Positions 19,335 to 30,398 of a stretch of DNA of 64,000 nt are shown here, piece after piece (positions within the stretch are counted from its first letter, which is position 1; each line of letters starts with the position of its first letter). Made by a program: the position numbers and the translations under genes. The notes under the pieces were generated by a model. The model was not told where the DNA came from and did not search any database. It saw nothing but the letters and a program-made list of their open reading frames with translations. Source of the DNA: an uncultured delta proteobacterium (GTDB lineage Bacteria; Myxococcota_A; Polyangia; Polyangiales; Polyangiaceae); assembly GCA_963841435.1 (NCBI GenBank), contig CAWJCS010000003.1:1440001-1504000 (forward strand). Direction: 5' to 3'.

Positions 19335-21603
19335 CCCACTCCAGGCTGGCGAGAATGAACGCGCCGTAACCCTTGGGATCGTCCGCCACCACCTCGGTCG
19401 AGGTATAATAGTCGTAAGAGCCGTCGCGGTAGGGGTTGCCGCCGAGGCCCGCCACCTTGCACACGCTCTTTAGCGTGACGTTGCCGCCGCTATCGCTCGC
19501 GAACTCGTGCACGAGCCCGCGGTAGGCGCGCTCCGCCACGGGACCGTAGGTCTCGTCGTCGAGCCAGCCGTTCCGGACCGCCTTCGAGAGGGCGTAGGTG
19601 AACATCGCCGAGGCCGACGCCTCGCGGTAGTTCTTGTCGCGCCCCGGAGCGTCGAGCACCTGCCAAAAGACGCCGGTCGCGGGGTCTTGCACGGAAGCGA
19701 TCGCTTTGGCCGTGCGCCCGAGGACGGCGAGGACCTGAGCGCGCTTCGGGTGATTCTTGGGAAAGCGCTCGAGCACGTCGACGAGCGCCATCGCGTACCA
19801 GCCCATGCCGCGACCCCAGAAATTCGAGGAACGACCCGTCTTCGGGTCGGCCCAGCGCTCCTTCCGGCTCTCGTCGTAGCCATGATAGAGAAGGCCCGTC
19901 TTCGCGTCGCGCGTGCCCGCTTCCGCGAGCGAGATCTGCCGTGCGACCTCGTCGAACAGCGCGGGCTCGTCGAACAGCACCGCGTAGCGCGCGAGGAACG
20001 GCGAAGTCATGTACACGCCGTCGAGCCACTGCTGGTTGGGGTAGATCTTCTTGTGCCAGAAGGCACCGGCGCGCGTGCGGGGGTGCCCGCGCATCTGCTC
20101 ACGGAGCTCGCCGAGCGCCTTCTTGTAGCGGGCCTTGTCCTTGGGGTCCTTCGCGTCCTCGTAGAGGTCGAAGACGACCTTTCCCATGTTGACGTTGTCG
20201 CTGTTGTATTCGTCCCGCGAATACCCGCCGAGCACGTGGCCGTCCGGAGCGAGCATGCCGTCGATGGTGCGCTTCGCCCACGCGCCGAAGCGCTTGTCGC
20301 CCGTGGCGTCGCCGACGCGCTGGCAAGCGCGCAGCTCGAGCCCGGGGTCGTAGCGCCATTCTTTGGTGAGCACGTCGGGGTTCTTGGCGAGCAGCGTGTC
20401 GCAGGCGCGGACCGCCCACGACGCCGTGAGCTCGGGCGTCACGAGCGCTCGGCCCGGCGCGAGCCGGACGCGCAGGGGCGAAGCCACGCGCCGCGCGAAG
20501 GCGAGCGCTTGCCGGTGCCAGTCCGCGGCGTCGCGCACGTCTCCACGAGCGTCCCAGGCGAACCCCGCGTAGTAGGTCGAAGGACCACGCGTCACGAGCA
20601 CGAAATCCGAGTCGGTCTCGCGGAAGTCGGCGACCGCGCGCGGCGCCGCGACGATGGCGCAGCCGAGGCTCCCGTTCTCCCGCTTGAGCGGCTCGAAGGT
20701 CGTCAGGACGCCCGCCTTTTTGTCGACGGTGGGCAGGCCGCCCGTGTGGCGCGCGATACCGAGCCCCACGTCGAGCGGCCGCGCGGGACCGTCGATGCTG
20801 AACGTGCTCTCGAAGCAATCGAAGCTCGACCCGGCGTCGAGCACGACGCGCTTGGTCTCGCGCACGCGGAGCCCGCCGGCGTCCCAGGGCTCGAAATCCA
20901 GCTCGAAAACCAGGCGGATCGGGCCGTTCGACAGCACGCGCGAACGCACGAAATTCTGCGACGAAAAGAGCTTGCCGTGCGACCAGATGCCGAGCCCGCC
21001 GCAACCCCTCGACTTGCCGACGGAGTAGAGGTCCGCGCCTTCACCGTGGTCCTGGTGGTAGTCGTCGGTCATGTACCATTCGTTGGCGACGAGGCGCGGG
21101 GTGCGCTTGGTCCAGACGTCCACACCGCTGCTCGTGAGCGGCTCCTTTTGCCAGGTTTGGAGGTCGGGCCCGTACATGCGATGAGCCACGCGATCGTTTT
21201 CCCAGACGAAGTCGTCGTGGCGCTCGCGCACGAAGCGGCCATAGACCTTGAATTGTTCGGGCGACGGCGTGCGTCGCGGGCCGGTCTGCACGGTGAACGT
21301 CTTGGTCTGGCTCGCTCTGAAGTCGGCCTGGAACACGAGCTCGTCCGGCTCGTCGTCCGCGTTCACGTCCACCCACTGGGAGAGCACGAGCTTGCCCTGC
21401 TGGTCTGCGACCACGGTGCTCGCCGGCTCGAGGCCCGACGCAACGCGCCGCAGGTCCGACAGCCGCACGGACAGCGTCTCCGCGGGCCTCGCTAGCCCAA
21501 TCGGGTTCGTGGCCCGCACGACCACGGCGTCCGCGGCGCGAGCGGCAGCGGGCCACGACGCGGCGGCGAGGACCAGGAGGGCGAAAGTCGGGGAGCGGGA
21601 CAC
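19318..21603 (-). CDS. DUF4861 domain fused to GH105 unsaturated (rhamno)galacturonyl hydrolase
   Basis: N-half: ERHDDFVWENDRVAHRMYGP, SSGVDVWTK, DLYSVGKSRGCGG. C-half: FWHKKIYPNQQWLDGVYM, LLYHGYDE, FWGRGMGW, REASASAMF, DPKGYGAFI. Confidence 0.9.
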   Translation of the reverse strand: MSRSPTFALLVLAAASWPAAARAADAVVVRATNPIGLARPAETLSVRLSDLRRVASGLEPASTVVADQQGKLVLSQWVDVNADDEPDELVFQADFRASQTKTFTVQTGPRRTPSPEQFKVYGRFVRERHDDFVWENDRVAHRMYGPDLQTWQKEPLTSSGVDVWTKRTPRLVANEWYMTDDYHQDHGEGADLYSVGKSRGCGGLGIWSHGKLFSSQNFVRSRVLSNGPIRLVFELDFEPWDAGGLRVRETKRVVLDAGSSFDCFESTFSIDGPARPLDVGLGIARHTGGLPTVDKKAGVLTTFEPLKRENGSLGCAIVAAPRAVADFRETDSDFVLVTRGPSTYYAGFAWDARGDVRDAADWHRQALAFARRVASPLRVRLAPGRALVTPELTASWAVRACDTLLAKNPDVLTKEWRYDPGLELRACQRVGDATGDKRFGAWAKRTIDGMLAPDGHVLGGYSRDEYNSDNVNMGKVVFDLYEDAKDPKDKARYKKALGELREQMRGHPRTRAGAFWHKKIYPNQQWLDGVYMTSPFLARYAVLFDEPALFDEVARQISLAEAGTRDAKTGLLYHGYDESRKERWADPKTGRSSNFWGRGMGWYAMALVDVLERFPKNHPKRAQVLAVLGRTAKAIASVQDPATGVFWQVLDAPGRDKNYREASASAMFTYALSKAVRNGWLDDETYGPVAERAYRGLVHEFASDSGGNVTLKSVCKVAGLGGNPYRDGSYDYYTSTEVVADDPKGYGAFILASLEWDELRR

Positions 21604-21772
21604 GGATCCGGCGACCGGCTAAATGCCCCGGACCCGCCGAACGATCACGGATCGGGCTGGCTGGCCCGGGTCGGCAGCCTCCGAGCCCCCGGCCGCGGGG
21701 CTTACCGCGGCCGGGAGGGCATCACGAGGGGCCCCGGCGGGGTATGAAGGAGCAGCCCCGAGGCCCCGGGGC

Positions 21773-21952
21773 ATGACCATGCTCTCGAAGATCCTGCTCG
21801 GCGTCGGCTTGGTGCTTTTGGGCCTAAAGCTCGGCCTGAAAGCCCGACTGCGCGAGCTCGGACGCGTCGTCGACCGCCTGGTGAATCTGGTCCTCGTCGT
21901 CATCATCGTTTCGTACGTCCTGCAGCTCGGAATCTGGTTTTTCACCCACTGA
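21773..21952 (+). CDS. Small two-helix membrane protein (59 aa)
   Basis: MTMLSKILLGVGLVLLGLKLG...LVNLVLVVIIVSYVLQLGIWFFTH; GC3-rich codons. Confidence 0.6.
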   Translation: MTMLSKILLGVGLVLLGLKLGLKARLRELGRVVDRLVNLVLVVIIVSYVLQLGIWFFTH

Positions 21953-22032
21953 CCGCCCGGCCTCGAGCCCGGCATTCGGTTGACCTCGAGCGGGCGATCG
22001 GAGAGATTTTCGAACTTCGAGCACGAGCGACC

Positions 22033-22782
22033 ATGAGCCGCCGCACCTTTGCCATCGGGGACATTCACGGGGAGGCGACCCACCTCTACAAGCTCCTCTC
22101 CTGCCTCCCGACGTTGGACGCCGAGGACACGATCGTGTTTCTCGGGGACTACCTGGATCGCGGGCCGCGATCGAAGGAAGTCATCGACTACATTCGATCA
22201 TTTCCGACGCGCACCCCGGCGAAGGTCGTGGCGCTCCGCGGCAATCACGAAGACGCCTGGCTCAGGGTCTGCAAGAAAGGCTGGGACGAGTTCGTGCTGC
22301 CGCCGGGCAACGGATGCCTCGCGGCGATGCGGTCTTTCACGGGCGGTTCGTTTCCGGCGGAGGGCGAGGCGGCGCAACCGGACGAGCTCATGGAGCTCAC
22401 GACGGGCATGTTCTTTCCCACCGACGTCATCGATTGGCTCGACGCGCTGCCCTACTACTACGAGGACGATCACGCGATATACGTGCACGCGGGTCTGCCG
22501 CCGGCGAACGGCACCTTCTTGCACCCCTCGGAGGTGGACGATCCGATCGTGCTCCTGTGGATCAGGACGGAAGGGTTCTTCCGTGACTACCGGGGCAAGC
22601 TCGTCGTCTTCGGCCACACACGCACCGAGTTTCTGCCGCAGGAACTCTCCGGTTACACGCCCGACGACCCCACCGACCTCTGGGCTGGCGAAAACGTGAT
22701 CGGCATCGATACGGGGTGCGGCAGCGGAGGCTTCCTGACGGCCGTCGAGCTGCCGGCCATGAATGTCTACGAATCCCGCTGA
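22033..22782 (+). CDS. Metallophosphoesterase, PPP-type Ser/Thr protein phosphatase
   Basis: IGDIHG, LGDYLDRG, LRGNHE, VHAG, VFGHT, GIDTG. Confidence 0.93.
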   Translation: MSRRTFAIGDIHGEATHLYKLLSCLPTLDAEDTIVFLGDYLDRGPRSKEVIDYIRSFPTRTPAKVVALRGNHEDAWLRVCKKGWDEFVLPPGNGCLAAMRSFTGGSFPAEGEAAQPDELMELTTGMFFPTDVIDWLDALPYYYEDDHAIYVHAGLPPANGTFLHPSEVDDPIVLLWIRTEGFFRDYRGKLVVFGHTRTEFLPQELSGYTPDDPTDLWAGENVIGIDTGCGSGGFLTAVELPAMNVYESR

Positions 22783-22881
22783 GGATCCGGCGTGTTTCAG
22801 GCCACAATCGCGGCCAAAAGGCGCTAGCTCGGGGTCCGGCTTGAGCGCGCCCGGGGTTCTGGGATAGTTCCAGAAGCAGGT

Positions 22882-24411
22882 GTGAACCCCGTCCCAGAGC
22901 CTCAGGCGCCGGGCGGCTCCCGGATCATTGGCCCGGGGGACGTGCTCGGCCGTTACGAGTTGCTCCTGCCCGTGGCTGCGGGCGGCATGGCGATGGTGTG
23001 GGCGGCGCGCCTCAAGGGCTCGCGGGGCTTCCAGAAGATCGTCGCCGTCAAGACGATGCTGCCGAAGCTAAGCGAGGATCCTCAGTTCGAGAAGATGTTC
23101 CTCGACGAGGCCTCGCTCGCCTCCCGCATTCACCATCCCAACGTCGTCGAGGTGCTGGATCTCGGCGAAGAGAGCGGCGTCCTTTTCATCGCCATGGAGT
23201 GGCTCGACGGCGCTCCGCTGAACCAGGTGATGAAGGCGGCCAAGACTGCCCAGGGTATTCCGATCCCGGTCGCCATCCACATCCTCACGCACGCGGCCGA
23301 GGGCCTGCACGCGGCCCACGAGCTGCGCGACGACAAGGGCACGCTCGTGGGGCTCGTGCATCGCGACGTTTCTCCACAGAACATCCTGGTCGGCTACGAC
23401 GGTTTCACCAAAATGGTGGATTTCGGCCTCGCCAAGGCCACCGCGCTCGGCGACGGCGCCACGCGCGTCGGCCAGCTCAAGGGCAAGATCAGCTACATGG
23501 CACCCGAGCAGGTGCGGGGCGAGCCGATCGACCGGCGAGCCGACGTGTTCGCGCTCGGCGTCGTCTTGTACGCCGTCACGACGGGCAAGCATCCCTTCCG
23601 TCGCGAGTCCGAGGGCGCCACGCTGTTCGCGATCTCCGCCACGGACCCCGCGCCTGCTCCAAGCCGCTTCATGACCTACCCGCCCGAGCTCGAGGCGGTC
23701 CTCATGAAGGCGATCGCCAAGAATCCGAACGAGCGCTACTCCTCGTCGCTCGAGTTCGCGCGCGCCCTCGAGCAGACGCTGCCGGAGCCCGAGCGAGCTC
23801 ATGGCGGCGAGCGTGTCTCCGTGTTCGTGAAGGCCCTGCTCGGTACGCAGCACGAGCAGTCGAAGACGGCCCTTTCCGAGGCCTTGCGCCGCGCTGACCG
23901 CATGAGCATGTCGCCGAACCACGCCTCGATGGAGGGGCTGAGCCCGGCGGGCACGTCGGGGGTGAGCAGCCTTTCCGCCGTGGGATTGACCGCGCGCGGC
24001 GGCCAGGACCTCGACAGCTCGCTCGGCTTGCGCCCGACGACGCCCTGGCAGCGCACCCGCCTGCCTCTCGGCCTCGTGGTGATGGCGCTCGGCGTCGGAG
24101 CAGCCGCCTATGCCATCACGCGTAGCGCGACGCAGACGAAAGGCGCACCCGCGGTGGCCGTCGGCGTCCCGTCGGCGCCAAACAGCGCGAGCGCGGAGCC
24201 CAATGCGCCCCAGGTGGCGCTCGATGCGCTGCCCGTCGACTCTGCTTCGAGCGACGTCACGATGGAGCCCACGCCGGACAACGAAGGGCAGTCTCACGGC
24301 TCGACGAAGACGACTGGCAAGGGCGCGTCCACCACGACCGCGACGAGCGAACCGGCACCCGGGTCTGCGCCCACACACAAGCGGTCGTGGCGCCAGGACC
24401 CAGGCTTTTAG
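22882..24411 (+). CDS. Transmembrane Hanks-type Ser/Thr protein kinase
   Basis: AGGMAMV, VAVK, HRDVSPQN, DFGLAK, YMAPE, DVFALG; one TM helix (LPLGLVVMALGVGAAAYAIT), low-complexity tail ending WRQDPGF. Confidence 0.96.
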   Translation: MNPVPEPQAPGGSRIIGPGDVLGRYELLLPVAAGGMAMVWAARLKGSRGFQKIVAVKTMLPKLSEDPQFEKMFLDEASLASRIHHPNVVEVLDLGEESGVLFIAMEWLDGAPLNQVMKAAKTAQGIPIPVAIHILTHAAEGLHAAHELRDDKGTLVGLVHRDVSPQNILVGYDGFTKMVDFGLAKATALGDGATRVGQLKGKISYMAPEQVRGEPIDRRADVFALGVVLYAVTTGKHPFRRESEGATLFAISATDPAPAPSRFMTYPPELEAVLMKAIAKNPNERYSSSLEFARALEQTLPEPERAHGGERVSVFVKALLGTQHEQSKTALSEALRRADRMSMSPNHASMEGLSPAGTSGVSSLSAVGLTARGGQDLDSSLGLRPTTPWQRTRLPLGLVVMALGVGAAAYAITRSATQTKGAPAVAVGVPSAPNSASAEPNAPQVALDALPVDSASSDVTMEPTPDNEGQSHGSTKTTGKGASTTTATSEPAPGSAPTHKRSWRQDPGF

Positions 24412-24421
24412 TAGCCGTCCT

Positions 24422-27400
24422 TCAGGGTGCCTGCGCGGGGTGGATCACGACGGCAAGGTGCGTCGTGCGCCCGGAGTACGGGATCGACCAGCTCGGCGTG
24501 TAGTTGCCGGGGTTCGGCAGCGCGGCGCTCCCGGCGCTGATGTACTGGCCGAAGGCGCGCATGGCCGCGCCATTGTTCACTTCGGGTGAGCTCAAGAGCT
24601 CCGTCAACGTCAACCCGCTCGACGGCGACACACTCCACGTCGGGCAGCCCGATGTCACCGTGTTCGTCGGACAGTTCAGGTTGCTCATCCAGAGCGCGGA
24701 GACGAAGCTGTAAATACGTGACCCGGTCGTCGCAATTGTGACGGTGTGACCGATCACCGACGGATCGGGGCTTTCCGGGTTTCCCGTGGTGCCGAGGAAG
24801 CCACCGTTGTACGCGCTGATGGGCGTCGCCTGCCGGACGCCCTGGAACTCGATGAGGTTCGCGATGATCTCCGAGGGACTCGGGCTCGTCGCCCCGTTGA
24901 TGACGACGCTCTGATTGCCCGATTTGCCGCCGATGCCGGATTCGACCAGGTAGTACACGAAGTGGTCGGGGCCCCACCAGTCACCGAGACCGGCCTGCTC
25001 CGGCCCCGCCACCATCGTCGTGCCTCCGTACGTCACGCTGTCGGGTCGTGCGCCGGCGATGCCGTTGCCACCGCTCTCCGCGACGACGGCGAGCAGAATC
25101 AGGCGATTGGTGCCGGGCTGCAGACCGTGGGTGAGATTGAGCGTGCTGCTCGCCGACGTGGCGTCAACGTCGTTGACGAGCGTGATCTGAGCCTGACATT
25201 TGTAGCTGCTGCCGGTGAGCACGCAGTAAGGCGTGCTGCCGTTGCAAACGTTGCCGCACGCGCCGCAGGCGCTGGCCGAGCTGAGATCGGCCTCGCAGCC
25301 GTTGTTCGGGTTGCCGTCGCAATCGCCGAAGCCCGTGCTGCAGGAGGGCGAGCAGGCGCGGTTCCCGGCCCCGCCGCTACAGCTCGTCGTGCCGTGCGAG
25401 TTCGTGCACTGCACGTTGCACGCGCCGCATGCCGCCGTGGTGTTGAGCTGCGTCTCGCAGCCCGGCGAAGCGGTGCAATCACCGTAGTCGGCGCTACAGC
25501 TGCCCTGCGTGCAGACACCCGTGGAGCACGACGCCCCGGCGTTCGGGAACGCGCAGGTGACGCCGCAGTCGCCGCAGTCGGTCAGCGTGCGGATGTTGCG
25601 CTCGCAGCCGTTGTTCGGGTTGCTGTCGCAGCTCTTGTAGCCGGTGGCGCAGGTCGGCGCGCAGGCGCCGCTCGTGCACGCCGTGGAGCCGTTGGCGTTC
25701 GTGCACTGCACGTTGCATGCGCCGCACGCCGCCGTGCTGTTGAGCTGCGTCTCGCAGTCGCCACCCGGCACGCAGTCGCCCCAGCCGCTGTCGCAGCCGG
25801 TCATGATGCACGTACCCGTGGCGCAGCTTTCGCCGCCATGCGAAAAGCTGCACGCGACGCCGCAGTCACCGCAGTCCGTGAGTGTACGGACGTCCCGTTC
25901 GCAGCCGTTGTCGGAGTTGTTGTCGCAGCTCTTGTAGCCGGAGTCGCAGCTCGGCGAGCAGCTGTAGCTGCCGGCGGTGCCCGCGCACTGAGTGGCGCCG
26001 TGGGTATTCGTGCAGGGCTTACCGCACGCCGAGCAGTTGATGTTGGTGCCGAGCGGGTCGCAGGCCGTGGCCGGGTTGCCGTCGCAGTCGGCGTAGCCCG
26101 TGGAGCAGCCCGTCGCGACGCACGTGCCCGTGGCGCACGACTCGGAGGAATTCGGGAAGTCGCAGGGGACACCGCAGTCACCGCAGTCGGTCAGCGTGCG
26201 GATGTTGCGCTCGCAGCCGTTGTCCGGATTGCCGTCGCAGCTCTTGTAGCCTGCGGCGCACACCGGGGAGCACCCCGTGGACGTATTGCAGCTCGTCGTG
26301 CCGTTGGCGTTGGCGCAGGCCTCGGTGCAGGAGCGGCAGTGGGTGACGTTGCCGAGCGTGGTCTCGCAGCTGCCGTTCGTATCGCAGTCGGCATGCGTGG
26401 CGTCGCACGAGGTGGCCGTGCACGTGCCCGTCGCACACGTTTCGCCCGAACCGGGGATGTCGCAGCTCACGCCACAGGCGCCACAGTCCGTCAGGCTGCC
26501 GAGCGACGTCTCCACAGCCGTTGGAGGCGTTGTTGTCGCAGGCGTCCCACAGGCCGTTGCACGTGTAGGAGCAGCTGCCGCCCGAGCAGCTCGCCACGCC
26601 GTGGGCGTTCACGCACCCTGCGCCGCAAGCCGAGCAGTTCGCCGTCGTGCCGCCTTGGGTCTCGCAGCCGGGCGAGGTCGAGCAGTCGAACCAGCCTGAA
26701 TCGCAGGACGCGACGACGCAGGTCCCGGTCGAGCACGACTCGGTCGAGTGGGGCAGGACACACGGGACGCTGCAGTCGCCACAGTCGGTGAGCGTGCGGA
26801 TGTTGCGCTCGCAACCGTTGCCGCGGTTGCCGTCGCAGCTCTTGTAGCCCGCGTTGCAGACGGGGTTGCAGCCCGTGGCGGTGCAGGTGTTCGTGCCGTT
26901 CACCGGCTGGCAGGCGTCGCCGCAAGCGAGGCAGTTCGAGGTCGTGCCGAGCGTCGTTTCGCAGCCGGCCTGGCTCGTACAGTCGGCGCGACCGGTGTTG
27001 CAACCGGTCAGCACGCATTGCCCGGTCCCACACGACTCGGTGCCACCGGCCAGGTCGCACACGACTCCACAGCCGCCGCAGTTCGAAAGACTGTTGAGCT
27101 GCGTCTCACAACCGTTGGGCGGCGACTCGTTGTTGCAGTCGTCCCAGCCCGCGTCGCACATCACGATCTCGCAGGTGCCCGAGCCGCAGCTCTCCGTGCC
27201 GTGCGCCTTGTTGCAGGCGACGCCACAGCCGCCGCAATTGTAGAGCGTCGTGAGCGAGGTCTCGCAGCCGTTGTTCGGGTTGCCGTCGCAGTCACCCCAG
27301 CCCGACTGGCAAGTCGGCTTGCAGCCGGTCGAGGTGCAGGCGTTCGCCCCGTTCACCTGCTCGCACTTCTCACCACAGGTGCGACAGTTATCGGTGGTGG

Positions 27401-29126
27401 CGAGAGGCGTCTCGCAACCGTCCTCGGGCAGGCTGTTGCAATCGGCGTAGCCGCTTGCGCAGCTGTCGAGAGCGCAGGTCCCGCTGCTGCAGACGCCCGA
27501 TGCGTGCGGGAAGCGCGTGGTGCAATTCGTCCCGCAGTTCCCGCAAAACTCGTCCGTCGTGCGAAGGTCGGTCTCGCACTGCTTGTTGTCGCCGGGGATG
27601 CACTCCTCGTACGGGAACGTGCACGTCGAGATGCCGCACACGCCGTCCGTACAGACCGCGGTTCCCACCGACGAATCGCAGACGTTGCCGCACGAACCGC
27701 AATTGGTGGGGCTAAGGTCGATGTTGGTCTCGCAGCCGTCGGCGGCACCGCCCGTGCAATCGGCGAAGCCTTCTGCGCACGTGACGCTGCAGGCGCCGGC
27801 GTCGCAGGTGGGGATACCGCCTATGTCGGAGCAGACGTTGCTGCAGGTGCCGCACGTCTCGGGTGACGAGAGGTCCGCTTCACAGCCGTCCGAGGGGTCG
27901 CCGTTGCAGTCGGCGAAGCCGTCGTCGCACTCGGCATGGCAAACGCCGTCGTCGCAGGTGCCGGTGGCATTGGCCGGCCGGCAGCGCACCCCGCAGCCGC
28001 CGCAATTCGAAAGCGACGTGCCGACGTTGGTCTCGCAGCCGTCGCTCGCCTCCCCGTTGCAGTCGGAGTAGCCGCTCGCGCAGCGCGGCACGCATTCGCC
28101 GTTCTGGCAATCCGTGCTGCCGTGACCGTTGGTGCAGGCGGTGTCGCAGTCACCGCAGTGCTTGACGTCGTCGTCGAGCGAGATCTCGCAGCCGGTGTCG
28201 ACGGAGTCGTCGCAGTCACCGTAGCCGTCGTCGCAGGCGATGTCACAGCTACCGTTATTGCACGCGGCCTCGCCGTTCGTGCTGTTGCAGGAATGCCCGC
28301 ACATGCCGCAGTCATCGACCGTCGTGAGATCCGTCTCGCAGTGGTCGGCCTCGCTTTCGTTGCAATCGGCGGTTCCCGGCGCGCAATCCATGGTCGTGCA
28401 CGTGCCGCCGCTGCAGAAGTTCGACGCACACGCGACGTGACACTTGCCGCAGTTCGTAGGGTCCGAGCGCACGTCAACCTCGCAACCGTTCGACGCCTCA
28501 CCGTCGCACTCCGCGAGCCCCGCCTCGCACGGACCATTGCCGCACACGCCGTTCCAACAGGCGCCACCCTCGTCGCAAGAGTGACCGCACCCCCCGCAGC
28601 TCGCGGCGTCGGTCTCGGGGTTCTGGCACGTGCCGTCGCAACAGGACCAGCCTGCGGGGCAGGTGTCGCCGCCCGTGCAGCCGGGCGTGCAGACGGCATC
28701 GATGCAGGCCGTACCAGGCTTGCAATCAGCGTCGCTCGTGCAGTTGATGCAGAGGCCGACGCTCGTGTCGCAGGTGAGCCCGTTGCAGCCGCTGTCGTCA
28801 ACACAGCCCACGGCGCAGCGCCCGCTGGTGTCGCAAAAAAGGCCGTCGCTGCAACGATCGAGCTCGTCCTCGCGCTTGGGATCACATTCGACGCAATAGC
28901 CCGTGTCGGGACTGCAGACCTCGGTGGCGCTGAGCCCCGCGCATTCCTCGTCCGTGGAGCACGCCGTCTGGGTGGACGGGCCCGGCGGCGGGCCACCCTC
29001 CATGTCCGATCCGGCGTCCGGATTCGGGACGAAGTTGTAGTCGGGGCTCGAGCATGACACCGCAACCGCAACACCCAGGAAACCAAGAAAGAGGCGCCCC
29101 AAGGAGCGCGTAGATAGTTTGCTCAC
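24422..29126 (-). CDS. Giant Cys-rich repeat lipoprotein with C-terminal beta-rich tip domain (one extra base near 26512; about 1567 aa when corrected)
   Basis: Lipobox VAVSC; many roughly 50-aa CxxG(Y/F/W)xDC(D/N)xxxx(N/D)GCE....CGxC repeats; ORFs 26178..29126 and 24422..26515 join at NGC/ETSL. Confidence 0.85.
25395..26850 (-). repeat. Near-identical intragenic repeat units in the Cys-rich gene
   Basis: GYKSCDxNxxNGCER(N/D)(I/V)RTLTDCGDC occurs four times (near 25570, 25865, 26175, 26775); CETQLN(S/T)TAACGACNVQCTN occurs twice (near 25400, 25700) with near-identical DNA. Confidence 0.85.
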
Positions 29127-29288
29127 GCTCGTTGAGCATAACAGTCGGCCGACCCCTCCGCAGCTTTCTACGCGCGCGCGAAGGAGGCCGGCACGAAGGC
29201 GGTCATGTAGCGAAAAGTGTGCGCCTGCTCGGAAGCAAGTCGAGGTACTTGCCCGACCGCCGGTCGGTTCATTCGCGTCGGCGCGAGC

Positions 29289-30284
29289 TCAGAACGAAGC
29301 CGCGATGCCAGCGCCGGCGGTGCCGCGCGGGCCGCCCGGAAGGAGCATGAGACCGCTCGTCGTCTTCACTGGTGCGGTCTTCTTCTTCTGGAAGAACAAC
29401 ATCCACACCGAGACGCCAATCGCCGCAACGCCGACGCCGGCCGCCACGGGCGCTGCGTACCCGTAGAAACGCAGGCGATTGTAGGTGTCCTTGTACTGCA
29501 CGGGGCAGTGTTCGGCATCAGGGCACTTGTTCTCGAGGTCAGCTTGGGTGGTCTGCTTGAGGACGAACAGGACACCACCGGCGGCGAGCGCCCCGATGCC
29601 CGCGCCACCGATGACGTAAGGCACGACGCGGCTCGGCGCCTCTTCCCGCGTCACGACGACGATCTCCTTTTCGGGTGGCGGGGGCGGCGCCGGCTTCGGC
29701 TCGGGCAAAAGCTCCAGCACGACGCGCGTCGTCTCGCGTTCCTTGAGGTCCGCAGTGATCGTGAACTGCTGGTACCCGGGCGCCAACGCCACCACCGAGT
29801 GCGGCCCCGGATCGAGCGGCACCTCGACTCCAATCGAGGACGCGCCGACATCGACGCCGTCGAGCTGGACGAGGGCTGCATCGGCGCCCTCGCCACGCTC
29901 GATGAGAAGCTTCGGAATGCGCTCGCGCAGCCGAGCGATGGCGCCCTCGACTTCCGTGCGAAAGTCACCACCCACCTGGTCGGCCTGGCTCAACGCGAGC
30001 TCGTAACCCCCGAGCGCCGTCACGAGACGACCGAGCCCTTCCTCGCAAAAGGCGATGTGAAAGCGCACCTGCGGCGTCATGCGCACCTGCCCGACTTCGC
30101 GGAACACCTGAATCGCGTCCGACCAGTTGCTCGCCTGCTCGAGCTCGACGCCGCGCTGAAACTGGGCGCGCGCCTTCTTGAGCTCGGCGGGCGTCTCCGC
30201 GCGGGCGGCGGTCGCCGCAGCGACCGTCGCGAGGCCGAGCGCGATCGCGACGAAGAGCGGGCGAGACCGGCAAAGAACCGTCAT
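29289..30284 (-). CDS. Exported TPR + PEGA-like domain protein with hydrophobic Gly-rich C-terminus ending in Phe
   Basis: Signal peptide; ARAQFQRGVELE..WSDAIQVF..FHIAFCEEGLGRL (TPR); VQLDG..VPLDPGPHSVVALAPG (PEGA-like); two Gly/Ala-rich hydrophobic segments; GAGIAASF end. Confidence 0.8.
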   Translation of the reverse strand: MTVLCRSRPLFVAIALGLATVAAATAARAETPAELKKARAQFQRGVELEQASNWSDAIQVFREVGQVRMTPQVRFHIAFCEEGLGRLVTALGGYELALSQADQVGGDFRTEVEGAIARLRERIPKLLIERGEGADAALVQLDGVDVGASSIGVEVPLDPGPHSVVALAPGYQQFTITADLKERETTRVVLELLPEPKPAPPPPPEKEIVVVTREEAPSRVVPYVIGGAGIGALAAGGVLFVLKQTTQADLENKCPDAEHCPVQYKDTYNRLRFYGYAAPVAAGVGVAAIGVSVWMLFFQKKKTAPVKTTSGLMLLPGGPRGTAGAGIAASF

Positions 30285-30398
30285 GGGGGATGCGGCCGAG
30301 TTACGTACCAGCATCCGAGCCGTGCCGCGAACATGAAAATGGCGTCCGATGGGCGCCGGACCCGACGAAGCCCGGGAATCGCGGCGCCGGGGCGCCCC

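Noticed and set aside
25395-26850. Regularly spaced DNA repeats as a possible CRISPR array
   Set aside because: They are in-frame coding repeats with about 300-bp spacing and synonymous variation; no cas genes.
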